Made by a program: the position numbers and the translations under genes | Virus record (IMG/VR): IMGVR_UViG_3300011113_000787 | Coordinates: 1-47,268 of that record | Strand: one strand, 5' to 3' | Source: a virus | Taxonomy: Duplodnaviria; Heunggongvirae; Uroviricota; Caudoviricetes | DNA length: 47,268 nt | The notes under the pieces: model-generated | What the model was told of the DNA's origin: nothing | Databases searched by the model: none | The model's input: the letters and a program-made list of their open reading frames with translations, nothing else | Shown here: positions 18,212-25,112 of the stretch, piece after piece | Position numbering within the stretch: the stretch's first letter is position 1 | How the letters are laid out: each line of letters begins with the position of its first letter

Positions 18212-18765
18212 TATCCTTGTTTTTTTGTCCACTTACTTTTATCCAATAGGTCATCCCAATCTTCATACCCTTGTTCACGTGCATATTCATCGTTTTTTAT
18301 TCTTTGATACTTTTTTACGTTTTCAGGGTCTCTCATAGCTTCAGAGTTTTCAAAACCTAAAGATTTTGCACACTCCTCTTCACACCATCCATGAGAACCT
18401 ATTTCGATGTTTATTGGTAGGTCAGTTTCCAAAGATTCGATAAAATCTTCAAATTGACTTGCCGCTTCATAAGGCATTGTATAGATTCCCTCAGACACTT
18501 GATATCCGCTATCACTTTCTCTGTCGAATATTTCAATCCTACCCATTCTATACTTCTCACCCATCAAACTGAATACACCATATCCAACAGTAGAATAACT
18601 GAATCTACCTGGTGTACTAACACCTTGCATATCAACACATCTCGGATTTGCCTCCATGTAATGTGCCATATGGTCAACTAGCATTTCGTCAGTAAGTTCT
18701 TTTCCTTCTTGTTTTCTTCGGATGTTACTCAGGAACCATAACAAATCCGCTCTATTGATTTTCAT
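18211..18765 (-). CDS. hypothetical protein
   Basis: 184-aa ORF with TAAATTTG box at 18770-18777. Confidence 0.75.
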   Translation of the reverse strand: MKINRADLLWFLSNIRRKQEGKELTDEMLVDHMAHYMEANPRCVDMQGVSTPGRFSYSTVGYGVFSLMGEKYRMGRIEIFDRESDSGYQVSEGIYTMPYEAASQFEDFIESLETDLPINIEIGSHGWCEEECAKSLGFENSEAMRDPENVKKYQRIKNDEYAREQGYEDWDDLLDKSKWTKKQG

Positions 18766-18781
18766 ATCACAAATTTACGCT

Positions 18782-19069
18782 TTATATATTGAAATTACTA
18801 AACTTTAATCCCCACATTAAGGAAATCATCCCCATCTGAGTTTCAGCATACTTCTTATTCATTTTGAGTTCTTTGATGAGGTATTTCTGACCCCAATCTT
18901 TCCACTCATCGTTCTGTTCAACAGTCATAGTCCATTGAGTATACCAATCATCTTTACGGTCTTTAACATCATCATATGTAACTGAATGTCCTGCAATTTC
19001 AAACATTTTATTAATCATATCAACGACCATTTTTTCTCTCTTCTGTTCTAATGATAGTCTTTTTTTCAT
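18782..19069 (-). CDS. hypothetical protein
   Basis: ORF with ATGA coupling to the upstream HAD gene. Confidence 0.7.
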   Translation of the reverse strand: MKKRLSLEQKREKMVVDMINKMFEIAGHSVTYDDVKDRKDDWYTQWTMTVEQNDEWKDWGQKYLIKELKMNKKYAETQMGMISLMWGLKFSNFNI

Positions 19070-19590
19070 CGTTCTAATTTTTTTATACATTCATCAATTT
19101 TGTCTCTAAGTCTTCCACCTTGACCCCAATCTCCATCTACTTGTACATGTCTCCACTTTGGTACTCTTGGTTTCATCCACTTATATTGTCCGTCAAGTTT
19201 CATATCATCAATTGAAATCCAATTTGAGATTTTATTATCTTTCACCCACTTTGTGATTTCAGCCGCTCTTTCCCACTCAATTGACGGTCTACTTAATTTA
19301 TTCCATAAGTCCTGATGGGTGGTGATATCAACAATTGGAGCAGTTACACCGTAGTATTGGAAGATTCTTTTCAATTGAATGAAACTGAAATGTTTTCTCC
19401 AATCCGAACTCACAACGAGACTTGCATTGGTTTCATCACAAATCTTTTGTAGTGCTTGGCAATCCTCCTCAATCCAAGGGTATGGAATTGTGAAGGTCTT
19501 GGAAGCCTCATTGAGCGTAACTCTACCGTCACCCCACGTTCCCCATGCAAGTGGTCCATCTACATCAATAAAGATAATTTTACGTCTCAT
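19066..19590 (-). CDS. HAD domain protein resembling the 'Swiss army knife' RNA-repair HAD (HAD_SAK-like)
   Basis: IFIDVDGPL, VVSSDWR and ISIDD motifs; embedded in the tRNA array. Confidence 0.7.
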   Translation of the reverse strand: MRRKIIFIDVDGPLAWGTWGDGRVTLNEASKTFTIPYPWIEEDCQALQKICDETNASLVVSSDWRKHFSFIQLKRIFQYYGVTAPIVDITTHQDLWNKLSRPSIEWERAAEITKWVKDNKISNWISIDDMKLDGQYKWMKPRVPKWRHVQVDGDWGQGGRLRDKIDECIKKLER

Positions 19591-19604
19591 AACATTTTAT
19601 TTTG

Positions 19605-19678
19605 TTGGAATGGGCGGGCTCGAACCGCCGACATCTACCGTATCAGGATAGCGCTCTGACCAACTGAGCTACATTCCA
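19605..19678 (-). tRNA. tRNA-Ile(GAT)
   Basis: CTATC-CTGATAC-GGTAG. Confidence 0.92.
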
Positions 19679-19684
19679 TTATTG

Positions 19685-19756
19685 AGGTCAGTACAGGAAT
19701 CGAACCTGTGTAAATAGTTTTGCAGACTACCGCCTAAACCACTCGACCAACTGACC
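19685..19756 (-). tRNA. tRNA-Cys(GCA)
   Basis: GTAGT-CTGCAAA-ACTAT. Confidence 0.93.
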
Positions 19757-19762
19757 TTATTG

Positions 19763-19834
19763 TGACCCCTGATGGATTCGAACCATCGACTTCTTCATTA
19801 AAAGTGAAGAGCTCTTCCACTGAGCTAAGAGGTC
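19763..19834 (-). tRNA. tRNA-Lys(TTT)
   Basis: CTTCA-CTTTTAA-TGAAG. Confidence 0.93.
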
Positions 19835-19839
19835 AGGTG

Positions 19840-19912
19840 TGGTAACGGTCAGAATCGAACTGACGACACCTTGCTCTTCAGGCAAGTGCTCTACCAACTG
19901 AGCTACGTCACC
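19840..19912 (-). tRNA. tRNA-Phe(GAA)
   Basis: CTTGC-CTGAAGA-GCAAG. Confidence 0.93.
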
Positions 19913-19983
19913 AAGTTAAAATTGAGGTCGCCCACACTTGTTCGGGGCGGAGTCTTACGACAACCTTCAACATCCCCTCAATT

Positions 19984-20199
19984 TTAATAAACTTCAATAT
20001 CTTCCAAAGTTACATCTTCTCCTTGAGTATGCCTATAAACTGTATCAAAAAATTGTCCTAACAATTTATAGTCTTCATCAATCATTTTACAAAAATCAAA
20101 TGCTGGTATTGTACCATTGATTTGACCTTGTACTACCTTATCATACTTGGCATCTGGTTTATATTCAAAAACCACATTACCTCTAAAAACATATTTCAT
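19984..20199 (-). CDS. hypothetical protein
   Basis: 71-aa ORF coupled to 20196..20603. Confidence 0.65.
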   Translation of the reverse strand: MKYVFRGNVVFEYKPDAKYDKVVQGQINGTIPAFDFCKMIDEDYKLLGQFFDTVYRHTQGEDVTLEDIEVY

Positions 20200-20603
20200 A
20201 TATTACAATTTTTTTTGACTTTAACAATGTCCCACTCGTAGTCACCGTTTCTGTCGAGTTCGAAATAATAATGACCACCAGTGAATTTTGCCCTTAGTCT
20301 AAACATCCAAAAAATGGTCTTTTTCAACTCATAAATTATGGATTCATTACCCGACCAACCCATGGTATGGAGTTCAAATAGTCCATCTTCTTCTTTGTAA
20401 GCAAAGTCCCCATAATTCCAAAGAGACTTAACAAATTCAACCAACTCGGACTGATTATCCGCACCGAAGAACTTTCCTATGGAAACCTCATCGTTTTCCA
20501 CATTATGACTCCAATTTTTAATATAATTCAAAGCCTCTTCGGTGGGATAACCATCTTCATCAAACAATTCCTCAGGGAATGGGTAATCTAATATTTTTTC
20601 CAT
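20196..20603 (-). CDS. hypothetical protein
   Basis: 135-aa ORF. Confidence 0.75.
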   Translation of the reverse strand: MEKILDYPFPEELFDEDGYPTEEALNYIKNWSHNVENDEVSIGKFFGADNQSELVEFVKSLWNYGDFAYKEEDGLFELHTMGWSGNESIIYELKKTIFWMFRLRAKFTGGHYYFELDRNGDYEWDIVKVKKNCNI

Positions 20604-20619
20604 AACTATTTTTTTTTTG

Positions 20620-20692
20620 TAGTCCCTGTAGGAATCGAACCTACGACACCTTGCATGTAAGGCAAGTGCTCTTCCAACTGAGCTAAAGGACT
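20620..20692 (-). tRNA. tRNA-Val(TAC)
   Basis: CTTGC-CTTACAT-GCAAG. Confidence 0.93.
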
Positions 20693-20695
20693 GTG

Positions 20696-20785
20696 AATGA
20701 TGGCACCATCAACTCTCTTGATGCGTTTACGGCAGGGATTAGTAACCTTATCCTTTCGGAATTCGTCCTCTCTTATGCCATCATT
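20696..20785 (-). ncRNA. candidate 90-nt structured RNA between tRNA-Glu and tRNA-Val
   Basis: Perfect 10-bp terminal helix AATGATGGCA/TGCCATCATT plus internal hairpins. Confidence 0.5.
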
Positions 20786-20787
20786 TG

Positions 20788-20859
20788 TAGCCCCGCACGG
20801 ACTCGAACCGAAATCTCCACCGTGAAAGGGTGGCGTCCTAACCTTTAGACGACGGGGCC
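20788..20859 (-). tRNA. tRNA-Glu(TTC)
   Basis: CCACC-CTTTCAC-GGTGG. Confidence 0.93.
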
Positions 20860-20911
20860 AAGAATTACAAATTTACAACCAATATTTCAAAGAACCAAAA
20901 ACACCTAAAAT

Positions 20912-20950
20912 AAAAAAACCCCGAACTTCATTTCTGTAGTCCGAGGTTTG
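20912..20950 (-). terminator. intrinsic terminator upstream of tRNA-Glu
   Basis: AAACCUCGGACU/AGUUCGGGGUUU hairpin plus U-tract. Confidence 0.75.
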
Positions 20951-20982
20951 TATATATAACTCTTCAGGAATTATAGGCTATC

Positions 20983-21063
20983 TCATGAGACTACAGCGCG
21001 TGTCTTAAACCAACAAATCTCTTGTTGTTTACTATAGACCATATGACGCACTATTGTTCTCAT
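20983..21063 (-). CDS. 26-aa micro-ORF MRTIVRHMVYSKQQEICWFKTRAVVS
   Basis: Manual translation; TAATTATA box 6 nt upstream and a terminator downstream. Confidence 0.45.
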   Translation of the reverse strand: MRTIVRHMVYSKQQEICWFKTRAVVS

Positions 21064-21207
21064 TGTTATTATAATTACTACAATTATAGTAAAAGTTTTT
21101 AAAAAACAAATATTTTATTTTTTTAAAATAGTTCTACCTAATCTCCATCCTTCAGGTATTTTATCGCCCTTATAAATTTTTTTAGATTCGATTTCATTAG
21201 TTCAAGG

Positions 21208-21288
21208 TACCCCAAGAGAGACTCGAACTCTCACGACCGAAGTCATTGGTTCCTAAGACCAACGCGGCTACCGTTACGCCATCGGGGT
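21208..21288 (-). tRNA. tRNA-Leu(TAG)
   Basis: TTGGT-CTTAGGA-ACCAA with long variable arm. Confidence 0.92.
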
Positions 21289-21292
21289 AAGT

Positions 21293-21383
21293 ATCATATC
21301 AGACAGGCATTCTACTCCCAGCTCCGAGGAATTGTATCTAATTTAACCCATCTCACCGCTGTGTGGGTACCTGAAGATATGAT
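21293..21383 (-). ncRNA. candidate 91-nt multibranched RNA between tRNA-Arg and tRNA-Leu
   Basis: ATCATATC/GATATGAT terminal helix; CAGGTA/TGCCTG and ACCCA/TGGGT inner stems. Confidence 0.5.
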
Positions 21384-21386
21384 TTG

Positions 21387-21458
21387 TAGTCCCGACAAGA
21401 ATCGAACTTGTATCTGGAGATTAGAAGTCACCCGTTCTATCCGTTGAACTACAGGACC
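21387..21458 (-). tRNA. tRNA-Arg(TCT)
   Basis: GGTGA-CTTCTAA-TCTCC (one U.U mismatch). Confidence 0.88.
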
Positions 21459-21462
21459 AAAG

Positions 21463-21549
21463 TACCTCAGGTGGGACTTGAACCCACACGGACATTTTCT
21501 GTCCACAAGATTTTAAGTCTTGCGCGTATACCGATTTCGCCACCAAGGT
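21463..21549 (-). tRNA. tRNA-Leu(TAA)
   Basis: CAAGA-CTTAAAA-TCTTG with long variable arm. Confidence 0.93.
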
Positions 21550-21591
21550 ATAATACAAAAATAAGGGATTTAGGTTAAAAAAACAAATAAT

Positions 21592-22299
21592 TTAGAAGTC
21601 TTCTTCGAAAACAGTATCTCTTCCTGTTTCTTCAATATTAGATGTATGATAAAGGATTACTTCTTTCCTATCCAAGTCGATTTCGAAATACCCTTGAGAG
21701 CCCTCGTTGATTTCCCAACCACCAAAATTACTTTCCAAAAGATTGTAACAGTAATCTTGAACCTGTGCAGGTAAGTCATTTCCGTTTGTAAATGAATCTT
21801 CAATGTATCCGCTATCACCACTTCCGTTATAATCAATCCTCAGAACTCTATCTTCGATTTCATCATCATTTTCCAATACATCGAATAGTTCCATTAGGTT
21901 TTCATCATCACCATCTTCTTCCAAGTTTCTGCTAATGGTTTCGGTATCACTAGTTTCATAGTAATTGTAATCATGAGAAACGGAAATCGTTGAATTATCA
22001 CAATCAATATCAATATCAATTCTTTCCCAATTAACATCATCTACATCAGGTTCACTAACCAAATCATTATCACTTACGTAAGCAATGATTTTTTTTAATA
22101 TTTCTTTCAATCCATCAGGAAGCTCCGCGGTATAGTTATTTGAAAAATGAGATATGCGATTCCAATTATAATCATCCTTATCAAATTGGCCATACTCCTT
22201 ATCAAATTCTACAGTCCCATTACTCATACCCAATGAACCTAGGTATCTACAAATTCTTTGTAAGTATTTTTTATCTTCTAATGTTAATAAATTGCTCAT
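21592..22299 (-). CDS. hypothetical protein with C-terminal DUF6878-like region
   Basis: YNGSGDSG...GGWEINEGSQG; start moved to MSNLL, 5 nt after TATTTATA. Confidence 0.6.
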   Translation of the reverse strand: MSNLLTLEDKKYLQRICRYLGSLGMSNGTVEFDKEYGQFDKDDYNWNRISHFSNNYTAELPDGLKEILKKIIAYVSDNDLVSEPDVDDVNWERIDIDIDCDNSTISVSHDYNYYETSDTETISRNLEEDGDDENLMELFDVLENDDEIEDRVLRIDYNGSGDSGYIEDSFTNGNDLPAQVQDYCYNLLESNFGGWEINEGSQGYFEIDLDRKEVILYHTSNIEETGRDTVFEEDF

Positions 22300-22312
22300 A
22301 ATTTTATAAATA

Positions 22313-22666
22313 TCAGTCTTCAAATTCTAATTTAACTGTTTTAAGCATCCAACTCGGTCTTGTGTTAGATGATATATTATTTACCCACTCTTTTGCTGAT
22401 GGTATATAATTGTTACAATCTTCCTTTACATGTTGTTCTCCAACATATCTAGTATAAACTATTTTGCCATCACTATTTTTGAACTCCTTACCAAACCTTT
22501 TTTCCATTTCGAATATCCCTTCAGAATGATGTCTAAACATTCTATGAAGGGAATCACCAAACCAACCTTTGGTTTCATCTAACCATTCATGTAGATGAAT
22601 ATAATCTTCAGGTTTTCCTCCAAACTTTTTTGCTGAACTTTTTGCGTGTAGATTAGGGTGTGCCAT
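22313..22666 (-). CDS. DUF6915-like His-rich protein
   Basis: MAHPNLHAKSSAKKFGG...HEWLD...HRMFRHHSEG...EQHVKED. Confidence 0.65.
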   Translation of the reverse strand: MAHPNLHAKSSAKKFGGKPEDYIHLHEWLDETKGWFGDSLHRMFRHHSEGIFEMEKRFGKEFKNSDGKIVYTRYVGEQHVKEDCNNYIPSAKEWVNNISSNTRPSWMLKTVKLEFED

Positions 22667-23252
22667 TTTTCCAAGAATCTTTATGGTAATCGAATAGTTG
22701 AAATTGTTCTATAAAATTCTCATGAACGAAATTAGCCAATTCCTCATTGTAAAATTCTTTCCAATTTTTCCTTTTTTCGTTCATCTGGTTTTCGAATTCA
22801 GTTTTGTATCTATTGTTTTTTATATTGAATTCAAATTGTTCACTTATCTTGGGGTCTGAAAAATCAATAAAACTGATTGACTTTATATCTTCTTCAAAAT
22901 TCTCAAGTCTTATAAATTTATTAAACGGTCTTCCTAATTTTAGAATATCCTTATGATAGAAGAATTGATATGAATCACAAAATATAAAACTTTGTAATGA
23001 TTTATAGACCCAGCTATCAAATTTTAAACTGAAGTTGTTAATGTGATGTGAATAAAGATGAAAGATACTAACTAATCGAGAATATGGATTTCTAACATTT
23101 GATATGAAAAAGGAATCCTGTTCGTTTTTATTAAAATAAAAACTGTGGTCTCCTATTTGAAAACCCAAAACAAGAAGTATTTCTTTAACAGAACGAGTCC
23201 CTGTCCTTTTTGGGGTAAACCAATAACAGTTGTATTTTTCTGAAAAGTTCAT
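22653..23252 (-). CDS. sulfotransferase-like protein
   Basis: PKRTGTRS and VRNPYSRLVS motifs; paralog-like to 13328..13933. Confidence 0.65.
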   Translation of the reverse strand: MNFSEKYNCYWFTPKRTGTRSVKEILLVLGFQIGDHSFYFNKNEQDSFFISNVRNPYSRLVSIFHLYSHHINNFSLKFDSWVYKSLQSFIFCDSYQFFYHKDILKLGRPFNKFIRLENFEEDIKSISFIDFSDPKISEQFEFNIKNNRYKTEFENQMNEKRKNWKEFYNEELANFVHENFIEQFQLFDYHKDSWKNGTP

Positions 23253-23485
23253 TACAATATTTTAGAATTATTTCTCCTAGCTTCTTCCGCCTCTTTGTAT
23301 ATTCTAACCCAAGTGAGGAATACATCCACAGGTGCGAGTATCCAACACATAATCAATAACCCCAATGTGTCCAAACCAGGAGATATACCTAAACCACCCG
23401 CCATTACATCTCGATTCCATTTCCTTATAGACATAAAGATACAATAAGATAAACAAATCAAATAATAAGACCAAAAAACTTGCAT
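23252..23485 (-). CDS. small membrane protein
   Basis: Two hydrophobic segments. Confidence 0.65.
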   Translation of the reverse strand: MQVFWSYYLICLSYCIFMSIRKWNRDVMAGGLGISPGLDTLGLLIMCWILAPVDVFLTWVRIYKEAEEARRNNSKIL

Positions 23486-23501
23486 ATATTAAAATTTTTA
23501 G

Positions 23502-23574
23502 TGGAGAATGAGGGAGTCGAACCCACGACAACTTGAATGCAAATCAAGTGCTCTACCAACTGAGCTAATTCCCC
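23502..23574 (-). tRNA. tRNA-Ala(TGC)
   Basis: G3.U70; CTTGA-TTTGCAT-TCAAG. Confidence 0.92.
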
Positions 23575-23631
23575 TAAATAGGTGGGACTAACCTACTTCA
23601 GGTTTGTACACCACCCATTAAAGTCCTTTTG

Positions 23632-23704
23632 AGCCTCCTATCGGAATCGAACCAATAACCTACGCATTACAAGTGCGTTGCTCTACCAGTTGAGCTAAGG
23701 AGGC
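23632..23704 (-). tRNA. tRNA-Thr(TGT)
   Basis: ACGCA-CTTGTAA-TGCGT. Confidence 0.93.
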
Positions 23705-23754
23705 AATTTGTGGGTGTATGCTCATCACATACTTACTGGGCCCCACCACCGATG

Positions 23755-23827
23755 AGCGGAAGACCAGGCTCGAACTGGCCACCCCAATCTTGGCAAGATT
23801 GTGCTCTACCGAATGAGCTACTTCCGC
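23755..23827 (-). tRNA. tRNA-Gly(GCC)
   Basis: CAATC-TTGCCAA-GATTG. Confidence 0.93.
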
Positions 23828-23932
23828 GTATAGGTTTTTCGTCGACAGATTAGCCCAACAGACCGTCGTCATCTATTGGATTTTGGACACGGGTACACAA
23901 AAATGTGCGTTACAACCTATAAACCCTACCAG

Positions 23933-24003
23933 CGGTCCCACGGGGAATCGAACCCCGCACCTCGGCGCGACAAGCCGATATTATACCGATTAACTATAAG
24001 ACC
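23933..24003 (-). tRNA. tRNA-Asp(GTC)
   Basis: TCGGC-TTGTCGC-GCCGA. Confidence 0.92.
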
Positions 24004-24005
24004 AT

Positions 24006-24196
24006 AAAACAGGTTTTTTGTGCCCTTTTACACATCATGACCAACATATTCCTATATTGGTGGTTACATTTTCGTCGTTGGTTAATTACTCCTGACTTAT
24101 AGTAAACACTACCCTCACCGCTCTGATACCGCGAATCAAGACGGCGTCTTTGGGATTCATATACCGAGGGGTTCCACCTCAGTCTTCACCTGTTTT
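24006..24196 (-). ncRNA. candidate 191-nt structured RNA between tRNA-Asn and tRNA-Asp
   Basis: 9-bp terminal helix AAAACAGGT/ACCTGTTTT and several internal hairpins; no convincing ORF. Confidence 0.55.
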
Positions 24197-24198
24197 TG

Positions 24199-24270
24199 CG
24201 TCCCCTCAAGGATTCGAACCTTGGACTTCTTCGTTAACAGCGAAGAGCTCTACCGCTGAGCTAAGGAGAC
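24199..24270 (-). tRNA. tRNA-Asn(GTT)
   Basis: CTTCG-CTGTTAA-CGAAG. Confidence 0.93.
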
Positions 24271-24780
24271 AAATTTATTTTTATATTCCAAGACCTTATC
24301 AAATATTTCATTTTTGTATCTTGAATGAATATATTGATGATGTGTTGGACACAAAGGTATTAAATTTTCAGGAGAATTATTATTGCGATTTTCATCAAAA
24401 TGATGAACAGTAACAATTTTTTCTTCTCCACAAACTATACATTTCTTTTCATGGTGTTCAAAACATGTTGACCTATATGAATGGTCTCTCCAGTTAGGAT
24501 TATTTTCACCACTCCTGAAATGGGTATTTGAACAAGAATAAGAACAAGTTGTTTTTTCCAACTTTCCCCCATTTCTTGTTTCGAACTCTTTACCGCAAAC
24601 GGGACAAATTTTTTTAATAATTTGATATTTAACATCTCTTTTTCTCAGATGCAATATATTCAAATTATTTTTTTCAACATATTCAAAAAACTTCTTACGG
24701 GACCTTCCGTTATCGTACCCATAACTTTTTTTTATTGCTTCCGCAATAGTTTGTGAATTTTTAATAAAATTTTCTATCAT
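24250..24780 (-). mobile_element. HNH endonuclease (probable homing endonuclease) inside the tRNA array
   Basis: CPVCG and CSYSCS Zn motifs; CIVCG..VHHFD...N..ENLIPLCPTHH. Confidence 0.82.
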
Positions 24781-24844
24781 ATTAATAAATATTCACAATT
24801 GTCGGTAAAATAAATTTTGGGTCAAAACTTTTTTTACAGACTTG

Positions 24845-24917
24845 TAGAGTAGACAGGACTCGAACCTACACGCACTTGCTCCCAAAGCAAGGGACCTACC
24901 TATTGGTCAACTACTCT
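24845..24917 (-). tRNA. tRNA-Pro(TGG)
   Basis: CTTGC-TTTGGGA-GCAAG. Confidence 0.9.
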
Positions 24918-24933
24918 ATTTTACAAAACTAAA

Positions 24934-24969
24934 AAAAAAACCCCGAACTTTCAAGGTTCAGGGTTTTTT
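24934..24969 (-). terminator. intrinsic terminator upstream of tRNA-Pro
   Basis: AAAAAACCCUGAAC/GUUCGGGGUUUUUU hairpin plus U-tract. Confidence 0.8.
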
Positions 24970-24988
24970 GTTTGGCTTTGTTTTTTTA

Positions 24989-25090
24989 CTACCAACCACT
25001 TGCTTCTGAACCTAAGCATACTCTGCCTGCATCACCTGTATTAGGTGTTGTCGGTCTTAATAGATTCGTTAAATCAAATAATTGTTTCAT
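24989..25090 (-). CDS. 33-aa micro-ORF MKQLFDLTNLLRPTTPNTGDAGRVCLGSEASGW
   Basis: Manual translation; TATTTAT box just upstream and a terminator downstream. Confidence 0.5.
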   Translation of the reverse strand: MKQLFDLTNLLRPTTPNTGDAGRVCLGSEASGW

Positions 25091-25112
25091 AATGTGATAA
25101 ATATAACAAAGT

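Noticed and set aside
21138-21197. 19-aa micro-ORF MKSNLKKFIRAIKYLKDGD downstream of tRNA-Leu(TAG)
   Set aside because: Too short, no promoter box or terminator context, and expected by chance
24006-24196. Cobalamin riboswitch (CAGGTG...AAGTCAGGA)
   Set aside because: Core GGGAA and GCCACTG-type elements are missing and the position between tRNAs is not regulatory; kept as an unknown RNA
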